From positions 1,200,311 through 1,264,310 of the forward strand of contig CM119270.1 in NCBI GenBank assembly GCA_051294375.1: 64,000 nucleotides of DNA, in the 5' to 3' direction. Positions 19,049 through 32,360 of this stretch are shown here, one piece after another. Every line of letters starts with the position of its first letter. The first letter of the stretch is position 1. Under the pieces are notes generated by a model, which did not search any database, was not told the DNA's origin, and worked only from the letters and a program-made list of their open reading frames with translations. A program made the translations under genes and the position numbers. This DNA comes from Paraspadella gotoi (taxonomy: Eukaryota; Animalia; Chaetognatha).

Positions 19049-22000
19049 ATGTCCGCCCTGGAGACTCCGCAAAGCTTCGGCTATCAACAGACGTTGATGT
19101 ACGGCCAATACTCGAAGGATTTGGCCGCCGAGACGAAGAAGGAAGTGGAGAGGTTGAGAAAGTTGAGGGAGGAAGAGAGGGAGAGAGCGGAGAAGGCGGA
19201 GAGGGAGAGAGGTAAGGAGGGGGGCAAGGGTGGGGGGGGAACTGCAGGGAATTGGGGATATGGAGACGGTTTATGATTCCCCGACCTTTGCTATTTTGGT
19301 CAATTGATTTATAACAAAACCTTACTAAATTAGCCAAGTAGAGGCAAGCGAAAATTAACCGCTCGGGAAGGAATTCAAAAATCAATGCGACATCTTATTG
19401 CGACGGCTTTAAATGACCTGTTATTAATTATTTGGACATTAATTTACGATAAATTATCCTAAAGTGAACCGAGTTAACCTTTATCCTCCCCTCATCTCCC
19501 AGCCCTCCCCGAAACTCCTCCCCCTTCACCCGATTTCGCGAAAGGCTCCCCCGGTTTCGCCAAGGTGGTGGCCCGCTTGGCCGCTTGGCTCCGCGCCGCC
19601 CGCAACTTTCTCTTCGCCCACGTGGTGAGCGAGGATTGGTTCTTCCTTCTCCTCCTCGGCCTCATCATGGCTCTCATCGCCTTCGCCATCGATTGGGCCG
19701 TCGCCATGTGCCACTACGCCCACAAGTGGCTCTTTTTGGAGTTGAAGTGAGAAAAATACGGTGGGGAGAATTTCTTAGAAATGTTGCGATTTCTCAGAAA
19801 TGAAAATATTTTGGGCTGAAGAAGTAAAGAAGTAATTATATCGTTGTGGGGCTCTTATGTTTTGAGAGTTGAGGCTTGAAAAATCTAGAAGAGAAGCCAT
19901 TAAAATTTCGCCAGCATGTGGAATTGCCGCCGAAGATTCTGCTTACTTCTACTTACTCTACTTACTCTCCCATGTTCTCTCACACCACTCACCATTCCCC
20001 TTCTCTCTCCCCCCCCACCGTTCAGCTTCAGCCCCGCCCTCCAGTTCGTCTCCTGGGTCCTTTTCACCATCGTCTTCATCCTCTTCAGCACCGGATTCGT
20101 CCACATCGTCTCCCCCAACGCCATCGGCAGCGGAATCCCAGAAATGAAAACCATTTTGCGCGGAGTCATTCTCAAGGAGTATCTCTCCTTTCGCACCGCC
20201 GTGTCCAAAGGTAAGGAAGTATTACGGACTCCTCTGTGGGTAAATGTGGTCAGAATCAAACGCCTATTCTTTAATTGTCAGTGGTGGGCCTCGTGGCGGC
20301 CCTCGGCAGCGGCCTCCCCTTTGGCAAAGAGGGTCCCTTTGTCCACATTTCCTCTATCGTGGCCACCCTCTTGGGCAAACTGGCCCGGTCCAAGGGCCTC
20401 TATGAGAACGAGTCTCGCCAAACGGAGATGCTGGCCGCTGCGTGCGCAGTGGGCGTGGCATGCAGCTTCGCGGCGCCGATAGGCGGCGTCCTCTTCTCCA
20501 TCGAAGTAACATCGACTCTTTTCGCCGTCAGCAATTATTGGCGCGGGTTCTTCGCCGCCGTTTGCAGCGCGCTTATGTTTAGGTAAGGGTTTAACAGATG
20601 GTTTCTTAGAATATAACCATTAAACTATTTGCATATAGTAGTAAATTATTCAGAATTGCGTTGGCTCGAGGTTGTTTCAATATGTGACCTATATACGGGT
20701 TTTATGATGTTTATTTTTATTGTTTATTAGTCCTAATCATTCATAAATTACATGGGGATATTTTCTAGGAATGATTTAGAATTTAATAATTGAGGGTCTA
20801 TCTCTAAACTGACCCTTTAAGGCAAGTCAAGAGCCCCGACTCCATCAACTTCCACATTCCTCAACCCCCTTGCCCCCCTTTTTCTTCCAGAATCCTCGAC
20901 GTTCTTCTCGGCCAAGAGCAAACCATCACCGCCCTTTTCAGGACTAACTTCTCCCTCGATTTCGCCTATCATCCGCTGGAGATCCTCGCCTACGTCGGGC
21001 TCGGCGTCCTCTGCGGCTTCGGCGGCGCCCTCTTCGTCAACTGTCACCGCCGCTTCGTGCTGCTGATCCGCGGGCAGCGGACGCTCAATAAATTCCTGCA
21101 GCGGAATCGATTCATTTATCCGTTTTTGGTGGCGCTGCTCGTCTCGTCTATGTCGTGTCCCGTTTCGTTGGGTGAGAATTTGGAGGAATTTGATTTGATT
21201 GATGAATCCAGAAGGCACGATAGCTTATTTATTGAATGATTTATTTTGTATTGATTTTACTAATTTCACTTTTCTTAACAGGTCGATACATGGCGGGTGG
21301 CCTAACTCAAAAATCGGCCGTGCAGCAGCTTTTCTCCAACTTTACTTGGACGGGACCGCGTTCTAACCCTAACGTTTATGAAGAGGTCGGTTTCTTTTTT
21401 CTTCCTTCCCCCTATTCTTTTTTACTTACCTTACTTTCTCTTCTCCTCCATTAAGGCAATCCTGAACAACTGGCGCCAGGGAACCGACACTAAAGAGGTC
21501 TACATCACCCTCGTAGTCTTCATCCTTATGAACTTTTGGATGGGCGTCATCTGCATCACGCTTCCGGTTCCGGCCGGCGCCTTCATCCCCGTCTTCGTTC
21601 TCGGCGCCGCCAAGGGGCGCCTCGTGGGCGAAGCGATGGCGTCGTGGTTTCCCGACGGATTCCACGAAAAACACTTTATCATTCCCGGCGGATACGCGGT
21701 CGTCGGAGCCGCTGCCTTCGCTGGGGCTTCTACTCATACAATATCCACCACGGTGAGAGATGATGATGGGTTTATTTTATTGAGCAAATGTGTAGTTAAT
21801 CATTCATCCCTGATCAGTGATTCTTCAATGAAATATTTGAATATTAATTGGAAAACTAAATCATTATTAAAACCTATTAAAAGTATTGCTAAAACCGTAA
21901 AATTAGACTACTATGAAAACTGTATCAAAAGATTTGAGAAATGATCTAAGCTGCTACAAAATGTAAATGAGATTGAAGAACTTAATCTCACTTGAAATAA

Positions 22001-24716
22001 ACCACAAATTATTCTGCTACACAAATTGATGTTGTCGTTTATGCCATCCCGAAATTTAATCTAAAACATCAAATCTTTCCAAATATGGAAATCAAAACGC
22101 CTCCTTCTACATCAAAGGTAATCGTGTGCGAACTGACGGGCCAAATCAACCACATCCTCCCTTTAACTTTCGCCGTCCTCATCGCCAACTTCGTCGCCAA
22201 AAAGATCGAGACGAACATCTTCGACTCCATCATCCGCATCAAGAAGCTGCCCTACCTGCCCGACATCACCACGGGCAACTCCGCCTCTTTCAACGTCTTC
22301 GTCGACGACTTTATGATCAAGGACATCTTCTACATCACCTACACATCCTCCACCTATCGAGAGATCAAACTCCTGCTGGACAAGACCAAGCTCCGAGCCT
22401 ATCCGCTCGTCGACTCTCACCAGCACATGATCCTGCTGGGGTCGGTTCAGCGAGCCGAGCTGGAGCTGTTGCTGGACCGGGAGATCGGGAAGGAGCGACG
22501 GGCTCTGCCTCCGGACGAAGGCTGGGGAGGAGCCGGAGAGAGGGGTGGAGGCGGCGCTGCAGGAGCGGGAGGAAGCGCTGGAGCTTCGCCCGCTATGATG
22601 AGGAGGAACAGAAGCAGCAATTCTTTGTTGGACGACATTCCCAATTATGGGGGATTGGAGTTGGTGAGTTGTTTTTAAGAGTTAATTATTTTCGGGGAAT
22701 CGAAACGACTCTTTGCTCTGTTCCTGTATTTCCCCTTACCGTATTTTCTTCCTCTCAGGTGAAAGAGCAACTCCGTGCCATGGCGGCCTACAGTCGAGGC
22801 TGGCAATTCGGCGGCAACTCTTCGCCCTATTCGGCCCATCGTACCGTCCACGGTCTGCCCTCTGCCAGCGCCAAGCCGGGCAAGAGCATACTCAAACACA
22901 GTCAAACCTTCGACGACGTTAAACCCAAATTCTTTCTCGGTTCCGGCGACGATTCCGCGGTGCCCAACCGCGTGCGAAAGTCCGCCGCGCCGCAATACAA
23001 TCCTTACCACACATACTCGGGTTAGTTCGTAATGTTAGTCGGTAATCATTTGTCAGTTGTTATTCGTCCATTGTCATTCGTCGTCTTCGTTTGTTTTGGG
23101 GTTGTTTCCGATTTTCGATTTACAAATTAAAAATGGATTCATGTATCTCCATTCATGTATACATCAGGTCCTCAAAGCACAGAGCATCCTTTGGGCGCCG
23201 CGGAAAAGAAACCCTCCTTCGCGGCCGCCTCATCCTCGGCCGCGCCCAAAGACTCCAAACCCAAAGCCCAACCTCTCTCCAGTCTTTTCCAACCCCTCTC
23301 CTCCGCATCCTCTCCCACCGATTCCCCTCGCGGCTTCAAGAGCTCCGTCACCTCCCTCCTCAGAGGCTTCGGACGCTCCTCTCCGGCCGGCAGCACCGGC
23401 GATGTGGCCGCGGCTGCGGCGGCTGCGGCTGCTTCCCGCGGGCTACAAGCGGCGTCTTCGGCGCCGCGGCGTCCCCGCGCCGTCTGCGAATTGAGCGAAG
23501 CGGAGCAGCGGCGTTGGGAAGAGCGGCAGCTGGACAAGACGGTCGAGTATCATGGATGCGTCATCGATCCCGCTCCATTTCAACTCGTCGCTCACACATC
23601 GTTGCACAAGGTGTGGGGGGGGTAAGGAGAAAGATGGGACATTCGGTGATGGAATGATTTGACTTTTGAAAAAAAATGTGGAGAATTGAACTATAAAGGC
23701 AAAAACATTAAACTAAATCCCAATCAGATACAAAACAAAAGGAAAGAAGTTCATTACTACAATATGCAAATGAGATTAAGGAACGAAGATATTATTGAAT
23801 CATTTCTTACACCCCTCGGCAGGTCCATTCCCTCTTCGCCCTGCTCGCCCTCAAACAGGCCTACGTGACCAACATCGGACGCCTGGTGGGCGTGGTCAGC
23901 CTGCTCGAGCTCCGCCAGTGCATCGAGGGCACCCTGTCGGGCAAAGTCGTCCCCAAGTCGGTCGCGACGGGCGACGGAGGCGAATCGGAGACGGTCCTCG
24001 TCGAGGACATGGACGAGGAGGAAGAGGAGGATGAGGAAGAGGGCGGGATCGATCTGGGTCCCTCCAAGTTCGAGTACGGACACGACAAAGTCTTGGACGT
24101 TGATCAACAGAGACAGATTAACAGCGAGAAGACGAGGAGAAAGACGGAGGAAATGGAGGAGAGGGGGAAGAGGATGAAGGAAGAAGACGACGAATTTCCT
24201 CGAGGTGAAGTGGCGACGAGACCCGCGTCGCCGCCGATAATTCCCGGCGTCGCGGAAGACAAGAACGCCGCTGCGGCGCGTCTTTCGCCGCCGGCGTCGC
24301 CGATGCCCAAGCTAAAGCTCGAGCCCCTTCCTTCCGGCGCCACCAAAGCCTCCATCGGCGCCGAAGAGAAATTGGCCTCGATTTTCGATCGATTCGCTCT
24401 GCCTTCGATTCCTTCGGCGGAAAAGGGCGCTACGGAGGAAAAGGGCGCCGCCTTTGCCGCGCCGGTCGTCACCGTGACGCCGGTTACGCCGACCACGCCT
24501 TCGGAATCGATCGCGGATCCGCTGACTGCGCCGACTCCTCTGAAACCCACCCACGAACCTTCGAGGGTCCAGGGGTCGAGGTTCCGTCGCTTCGTCGTCG
24601 ACGAGTCGAAATTGAGTGGTGGGGGCGGCGAGAATGATGGTGGCGGGGAGAAGGGGGGCGTCGAACGGACTTCATCCGACGCCGATAACGACGCCGTTGA
24701 AACTTCCAAAGTTTAA
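19049..24716 (+). CDS. CLCN2: voltage-gated chloride channel, ClC-2/ClC-a type, about 11 exons
   Basis: [16 protein letters not shown]-terminus, [30 protein letters not shown] (Val at the proton-glutamate position, channel type), [24 protein letters not shown], two CBS domains (IDPAPFQLV). Confidence 0.93.
21915..22010 (+). repeat. dispersed repeat family R2 copy in a ClC intron
   Basis: Colinear similarity to 17586-17683, including the AAATGAGATT-N9-AATCTCACTT hairpin. Confidence 0.7.
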
Positions 24717-25299
24717 GAATTATATTTCGATAAAGGCGAACAGTAGTAACTACATAAGTAGTATATAAGTATATAAGCGGGGAAAGAAAATGATTTAGTA
24801 TTTGTTTTTTTTATTTTAAAATCCGTTTAAAAAAATTCTTTTTAAATTTTATTTCGATCGCTTTGGGAGGTAATATGTCGTTTCCGAAATTTGCATTTAC
24901 ATAAAATATTTATGTAAACTCATTTTATGTTGGGGCATTCAAGAACAAAGTCTACTCTTGGTTATTTAGTTGTTTTTTTTTCCTGAATCAAACATTAATG
25001 GTTTTTAGCAAAGAAAACGAATGTCTGTCCTTCGTCCTTAGTCTTCCTTCGGGCTTTAGTTCTCTCCGGAATGAATAATTCCCTAGGTTAAAATCTTGAT
25101 ACATTGATTGTATATTTATTTGGAAAGCAATATAAACAATATATCATTTAACATTAGTGCACTGCTGTAACAGTGATTTAGAGTTTGATAAAGCGGTAAA
25201 CAATTTATCTGCTTATCTCTCGCGAGCTAAAAATGATTTTTGTTCCCATAGATTTGGGAATAGGTGTTCTTGGAAAAGACTGGTTTGGACTCTCTCGGA

Positions 25300-25375
<76 letters not shown>
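25300..25375. repeat. (CT)n microsatellite
   Basis: Direct inspection. Confidence 0.95.
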
Positions 25376-25377
<2 letters not shown>

Positions 25378-25828
25378 GTTTTTGATCAAATTTGTTTCCA
25401 CCGACGAGTTACCCCAGAGGTAACATTTTTCCCCTCTACGAGACAACTAATCCACTGTGATGTTATATTTTTTTACATTAATTAAAAGTTCGTTCGAGTT
25501 AAACTTGGCATTTTTTTTTTTCGTAGAAATGATTTTAGAGATTGAGATAAACCGTGGTCGGTCGTCGTCCGTTGATCATCATCATCATCATCCATTGGAG
25601 ATTCGTCACTTGACAACGACACATCGTTCGTCGTTATAAAGTTTACAGTGTTGTTGCATTCGACTATTGTCGAATATCGATTCTCGGGAAATGAAAACAA
25701 AAAAAACCACCTTGTTTCGTTTTGCTGATTTCTCGGAAATGACGAAACAAAAAAAAAACCAAAATAAATTTCTGTTCCCTTTCGTATTTTCATCTTTGAT
25801 CGCGTTTGACCTTTGACCTAACTCCACC

Positions 25829-27876
25829 ATGATTCGCTCCTCCCCGCTCCGCCTCCTCCGCTCCATCTCCCGCAAATGCTCCAGCTCCTCCTCCGAACGA
25901 CTCCGCCTCCTCGTCGCCTTCGTCGCCGGGTTCGCCACCCGCGCCTTTCTAGACGGCTTCTCCCCCGGCTCTTCCTCCTCCCTCCACTCTTCCCTCCCTT
26001 TCTCCCTCTCTCCTCCCTTTCTCCCCAAGACTCGATACGAAGTCATTCGCTTCGACTCTTACGATCGACGCTTCCTCTACAACAACGTTGACGACGATCC
26101 CAGAATCGGTCTCACCCGACATCACAAGGCCGACTTGGCCGACATGGTCGTCCAGGCCGACCGCCTGCTCAACGAGAGGGAGAGAGAAGGCGCGAGGGCC
26201 AAGGCGGGGGCCAGGCGGGGCCGGGGTGCGGTGCCGAGGATGAGGTGGACGGTGCAAGGGTATCGTCAGGTGAGACCCGTCGGTTCTTGTCGTTCTTCGT
26301 TACTATTATGTTTTAGAAGAGGGGATCGAGTAGTACAGTTCGTTTACCCCTGTAATTCATGCATTCATCGATTATTTCTTTCCTTCATTCACTCATTATA
26401 TCAAAACAACGTAAATTTTTCTTTCCTTCAAATTCATTCTTCGTCAGTCACTGAATGAATGAACATTAATCGGTCATTCACTTACTCCTTTTCATTTACT
26501 CACGGTTTAGTTTACGATATTATTATTTTGTGTTTACTATTTTTGCTAAATAAAAATAAAGAGCTAAAATTATTGCGTTAAAACCTCCTTCCACCTTTCA
26601 TCGCATCAAGGGCTGGCGCCGCTTCGACCCGACCCGCGGCGAAGAGCACAAGATGATCGTCGACGCCGTCGTTGGCGGCGACGATCGGCGTCGCCTCATC
26701 GTCACGGCCCTCAAGCCATTCGCTCCCGCCGTCTTGACCGACGTGGCAGACGTCGACGCTTCTTCTTCGATCCTCGTCCATTTCGTCGTCGCCGTCGCGC
26801 GTCTCTCAAATCGATTCGACGATTTCGTCGCCAATTACGAAACCGTCTGCTTCGGAGACGCCGCTGCTGACGCTGCGTCCCCGCGGCGTTCTCGACGTCG
26901 TCTCGCCTGCGCTCTAATCGTCGTCGTCTTCGACGGACCGACGCCGCTCGACGCCGAAGCCGTAGCCAATGTCCGGCGCCACGCCCGTCGTCTTCGCGAC
27001 GCCCACGGGCCCGAGGCGGACGTGCGGGTAGTGGAGACTCGTAGCGCCTTCACGCGGGCGGCGGGGATGGATTTGGGTGCGAAGGAAGTGGACGAAGACG
27101 CGCTGGTGTTTTTCGTCGACGCCGACGTGACGTTCGACGAGGGATTCGTGGAACGATGCCAGTTGCTGGCGAAGAAGGGGAAGGTGAGAGGAGATGGAGT
27201 GAGATGATGATGATGATGATGTTGTGACGGAAAGAAACTTTTATGACTTTTTATATAATCTTTTTGCAATATTCAATTTAGATTGAATACGTACTAAAAA
27301 ACCATCTGTTACACCATCTGTTAAACCGCCCTTTTTCCTCATCCAACAGACGGTCTACTACCCAATTTAGATTGAATACGTAATAAAAAACCATCTGTTA
27401 CACCATCTGTTAAACCGCCCTTTTTCCTCAAACAACAGACGGTCTACTACCCAATCGTCTTTTCCCGCTACGACCCCGAGATCGTCGCCAATTTCTCCTC
27501 TCCCGCCCTCAACCCTTCTCCGGACGTCGTCTCCAAACTCTCCGGTCATTGGGTCTCCTACGGATTCGGGATGGTCTGCCTCTACAAGCGAGACTTCTCC
27601 TCCGTCGGCGGCTACGGCGTCTCGACGAGAGGTTGGGGCGGCGAAGACGTCGCCCTCTACGATCGTCACGTTGCGGCGGCGCCGGAGCTGACCGTCTGGC
27701 GCGCCTGCGATCCGGGACTCGTCCATCGATTCCACTCGCGGCGCTGCGATCCCGCGTTGGCGCCGGATCAGTACAGGATGTGCGTCGGAGCAGCGGCGGA
27801 GAGTCTCGGCAGCAGAGCGCAGCTGGCGAACATGATCGCGGCGGGAAAGGCGGGGGATAGGAGGGGATGGGGGTGA
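25829..27876 (+). CDS. chondroitin N-acetylgalactosaminyltransferase / chondroitin synthase family (single GT7-like domain); exons 25829-26269, 26611-27183, 27439-27876
   Basis: N-terminal signal anchor; WRRFDPTRGEEH, FTRAAGMDLG, FFVDADV (DxD), VYYPIVFSRYDP, GHWVSYGFGMVCLYKRDF, GWGGEDV, C..QYRMC..GS..QLA. The subfamily (CSGALNACT, CHSY or CHPF) cannot be settled by eye. Confidence 0.85.
27274..27455 (+). repeat. 89-bp tandem repeat spanning the 3' splice site and first exon codons (2 copies here, 5 in the mirror copy at about 32778-33223)
   Basis: Unit CAATTTAGATTGAATACGTA..ACCATCTGTTACACCATCTGTTAAACCGCCCTTTTTCCTCA..CAACAG|ACGGTCTACTACC; acceptor AGs end at 27349 and 27438. Confidence 0.9.
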
Positions 27877-28474
27877 AAAAGGGGGGAGTGGAAAGAGGAG
27901 GAGGAAGGGGTCGGGGGTGTAATAGAAATAGAGAGGGGGGAGAGAGCTGAAGAGATAAATGGAAGACAAGTTCGTAATGGACTTCAATTTTTAAAAAAGC
28001 CCCTTTTTTTCGGGGCTCTATTTTGCCGTTTTTGTATTAGACGGGTGTCAACCCATCAAGGCTGTTTTCTTTAATTATTTTTTGATGCTATTGTCTTTTG
28101 CCATAAAGATTATCCGGCGTTGATGTAGAATTAGGGTTGTTTTGACTTTGATCCATATCATTTACTATTGACCTTTTTTTTTTTGCCTTGGATCCTCGAT
28201 GCCTTACCCATTACCCATCGCCTCGCTTTATATTTTTATACAAATGGCTCGCCTTTAGTCAATACTCATTAATTAGAGACGTAGCTTTACGACTATATAA
28301 CTGGTTTTTTTTATCCCTCGTTGACTTTTATATTATATTTTTTTAGTTTAAGCTGTTTTTTTTACATTTATCTCCAGATTGTTCTCTCGCCATCTTTGCC
28401 GGAACTATTAAACTATCTATAATACAAAACCTAAAAAGTTAACTCAAAAGTTAACAAACCCTACAAAAACAAAC

Positions 28475-29896
28475 ATGTCCAAACATCGACACGAGGATTG
28501 GTCAACATCCTCCAAGTACAGATCTCGAACTCCGGACTACGAGCTCCGCAAACGCGTCTCGCCGCCGCCTCACGGCAGCTACCGAGATTATCGAGACGAC
28601 GGTTACTATCACCGGAAGTCCTCGTCTTCCCGCCACGCCCCGCCGCCACCGCCCTCTGCGGCGCCGCTGTTGTCACGTTCCGATCACCATCATTACCCGC
28701 CGCCGCTGATGAGCGTCGACGTTTCCTTTCGCAGCGGCGGCGGCGGTCCGCCGCCCTCCTCTTCCTCCTACCATCTCCGACTTCCACCTTCCACTCATCA
28801 CGATCATCATCCACCATCCATCTATCACGAATCCGACGTCCGACATCCTCGTCATCAGCATCTTCATCATCACTCGTCCTCCTCCAAGGACGACTACAGG
28901 CGATCGCCTCCGTCGTCTTCGTCCTACCCTCCCGATCATCATCATCATCATCATCATCGTTACGATCGAGAGATGGATTATCGCCGCCCCTCCTCTTCAT
29001 CCTCTCGCCGCTCGAGGACGCCCGATTCTTTCGACGTCCGTTTCCACGCCCACTCCTCTTCCCGACACCTCTACGACGTCCGCCCGCCCGCTTACCCGCC
29101 GCTGCCCCCGACCTCGATGAGCAGAATGGCGGACAGATATCCGCGGGCGGGGCGGAAACGCCACAAGGAAGGGCGGCGGGAGGGCGGCGGCGGATTGGCG
29201 GGCTCGTCGTCGTCGCGCGTCGTGGAGAAGAAGAAGCAGCGTCTCTTGTTTCCGGTTTTCGACGCTAAATCGGGACGTGGATCGAGCCGAGTAGCAAAAG
29301 GGCGAGGAGGAAGAGGGTGAGAGGGAGGAGGGGAGAGAGGAGGAAGATGGAGAGGGAGGGGGAGAAGGAGAGAGAGGGTGAGGGAGAGGGAGGAGAAAAG
29401 GAGGAAGAGGGTGAAGGGAGGAGGAAGTGGGAAAGGAGGGGGAGATAGGAGGAAGAGGGAAAGAGGAGGGGAAGGGGGGGAGAGGAAGGGAGGGGGGAGA
29501 GAGGGAGGAAAGAGGGGAATTGAGGGGAGGGGAGTCGGAAGGGAAGGAGAAAAGTAGAGGTAAGGGAAACAACGGAGAGGAAAGAAGAGAAAAGGAAATA
29601 TCACGAATTGCGAAGAAGTGAAAATAAACAACGAAAAGTAGTTGAGTTAATATGCATACGACTTGAACAAACATCCGCCTTCCGTCCAGGTTGACCCTCG
29701 CTTCTCGCGGTGGGCGCGCCGGCGCCGTCGCCTCACGATTCCTCCGACTCTGAATCGGAGAAAGAAGCGAAGGAGGAAAAACCCGTCGTCGTCGCGGAGG
29801 ACGAGAAGAGGACGAGGAAGAGGAAGGAGGAGGAGGAGGATCCGGGGAAGAGAAAGTGGAAGAGGGACAAGTCTGAATCGTCGTCCTCGTCGTCGG
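28475..29896 (+). CDS. SNIP1: probable 5' exons of SNIP1 (His/Arg/Ser/Pro-rich low-complexity region); exons about 28475-29316 and 29690-29896
   Basis: RS/His-rich ORF. The exon ending at 29896 (phase 1) joins in frame to the exon at 49136. The exon 1-2 junction does not join in frame as written, possibly a 1-nt error. Confidence 0.55.
29320..29600. repeat. polypurine (G/A) low-complexity tract, intronic
   Basis: About 280 nt that are almost all G and A. Confidence 0.85.
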
Positions 29897-30022
29897 GTGA
29901 GACCATTTTAGGGGGGGAGTGTTCTTTCAATGATTAGTTTTTAGTCGTTTATTCATTCATTCATTGATTCAATCTTTGTTTCTTTCATTCGTTGATTTAA
30001 TCTTTGTTTCTTTCATTCATTA

Positions 30023-30047
30023 NNNNNNNNNNNNNNNNNNNNNNNNN
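30023..30047. other. 25-N assembly gap at the centre of the large inverted repeat
   Basis: 25 N bases. Confidence 1.
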
Positions 30048-30314
30048 TGCTTTCTTCCTTGTCTTATGCTGAGGCAGGATGAAAGTACGTCAATAGAATG
30101 AATGAATCATGGATTAAATCAATGAATAAATGAATTAAGGATTGAACTAATGAATCAATCATTCAATTGTCTCAATCGATCAGATTTAATTAATGAATGA
30201 AAGAAACAAAGATTAAATCAACGAATGAAAAAAACAAAGATTGATTCAATGAATGAATGAATAAACGATTAAAAACGAATCATTGAAAGAACAACTCCCC
30301 CCCTCTAAAATGGT

Positions 30315-31756
30315 CTCCCCCGAACGACGAGGACGACGATTCAGACTTGTCCCTCTTCCACTTTCTCTTCCCGGATCCTCCTCCTCCTCCTTCCTCTTCC
30401 TCGTCCTCTTCTCGTCCTCCGCGACGACGACGGACGACGGGTTTTTCCTCTTCGCTTCTTTCTCCGATTCAGAGTCGGAGGAATCGTGAGGCGACGGCGC
30501 CGGCGCGCCCACCGCGAGAAGCGAGGGGTCAACCTGGACGGAAGGCGGATGTTTGTTCAAGTCGTATGCATATTTAACTCAACTACTTTTCGTTGTTTAT
30601 TTTTCACTTCTTGCAATTCGTGATATTTCCTTTTCTCTTCTTCCTCTCCGTTGTTTCCCTTACTCTATTTCTCCTTCCCCTTCCGACTCCCCTCCCCTCA
30701 ATTCCCCTCTTTCCCCATCTTCCTCCTCTCTCCCCCCTCCCCTTCCTCTCCCCCCTTCCCCTCCTCTTTCCCCCTCTTCCTCCTATCTCCCCCTCCTTTC
30801 CCACTTCCCCTCCCTCTCACCCTCTTCCTCCTTTTCTCCCCTCCTCCCTCACCCTCTTCCTCCTCTCTCCCCTCCTCTCCATCTTCCTCCTCTCTCCCCT
30901 CCTCCCTCTCACCCTCTTCCTCCTCGCCCTTTTGCTACTCGGCTCGACCCACGTCCCGATTTAGCGTCGAAAAACCGGAAACAAGAGACGCTGCTTCTTC
31001 TTCTCCACGACGCGCGACGACGACGAGCCCGCCAATCCCGCCGCCGCTCCCGCCGCCCTTCCTTGTGGCGTTTCCGCCCCGCCCGCGGATATCTGTCCGC
31101 CATTCTGCTCATCGAGGTCGGGGGCAGCGGCGGGTAAGCGCGGGCGGGCGACGTCGGTAGAGGTGTCGGGAAGAGGAGTGGGCGTGGAAACGGACGTCGA
31201 AAGAATCGGGCGTCTCTCGAGCGGCGAGAGGATGAAGAGGAGGGCGGCGATAATCCATCTCTCGATCGTAACGATGATGATGATGATGATGATGATCGGG
31301 AGGGTAGGACGAAGACGACGGAGGCGATCGCCTGTAGTCGTCCTTGGAGGAGGACGAGTGATGATGAGATGCTGATGACGAGGATGTCGGACGTCGGATT
31401 CGTGATAGATGGATGTGGGATGATGATCGTGATGAGGTGGAAGTGGAAGTCGGAGATGGTAGGAGGAAGAGGAGGGCGGCGGACCGCCGCCGCCGCTGCG
31501 AAAGGAAACGTCGACGCTCATCAGCGCGGGGTAATGATGGTGATCGGAACGTGACAACAGGCGGCGTCCGCAGAGGGCGGTGGCGGCGGGGCGTGGCGGG
31601 AAGACGAGGACTTCCGAGTGATAGTAACCGTCGTCTCGATAATCTCGGTAGCTGCCGTGAGGCGGCGGCGAAGACGCGTTTGCGGAGCTCGTAGTCCGGA
31701 GTTCGAGATCTGTACTTGGAGGATGTTGACCAATCCTCGTGTCGATGTTTGGACAT
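30315..31756 (-). pseudogene. frameshifted mirror copy of SNIP1 5' exons (likely artefact)
   Basis: MSKHRHEDW.. and HDSSDSESE.. fragments fall in shifting frames. Confidence 0.6.
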
Positions 31757-32360
31757 GTTTGTTTTTGTTTGTAGGGTTTGTTAACTTTTGAAGTTAACTT
31801 TTTTAGGTTTTGTATTATAGATATGTTTAATAGTTCCGGCAAAGATGGCGAGAGAACAATCTGGAGATAAATGTAAAAAAAAACAAGCTTAAACTAAAAA
31901 AATATAATATAAAAGTCAACGAGGGATAAAAAAAACAGTTATATAGTCGTAAAGCTACGTCTCTAATTAATGAGTATTGACTAAAGGCGAGCCAATTTGT
32001 ATAAATATAAAGCGAGGCGATGGGTAATGGGTAAGGGCATCGAGGATCCAAGGCAAAAAAAAAAAAAGGTCAATAGTAAATGATATGGATCAAAGTCAAA
32101 CAACCCTAATTCTACATCAACGCCGGATAATCTTATGGCAAAAGACAATAGCATCAAAAAATAATTAAAGAAAACAGCCTTGATGGGTTGACACCCGTCC
32201 TAATACAAAAAACGGCAAATAGAGCCCCGAAAAGGGGCTTTTTTAAAAATTGAAGTCCATTACGAACTTGTCTTCCATTTATCTCTTCAAGCTCTCTCCC
32301 CCTCTCTATTTCTATTACACCCCGACCCCTTCCTCCTCCTCTTTCCACTCCCCCCCTTTT

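Noticed and set aside
28997-31160. Pro/Ser/Leu-rich and Gly/Glu/Arg-rich ORFs
   Set aside because: They arise from the stop-poor G/A tract and its mirror copy.
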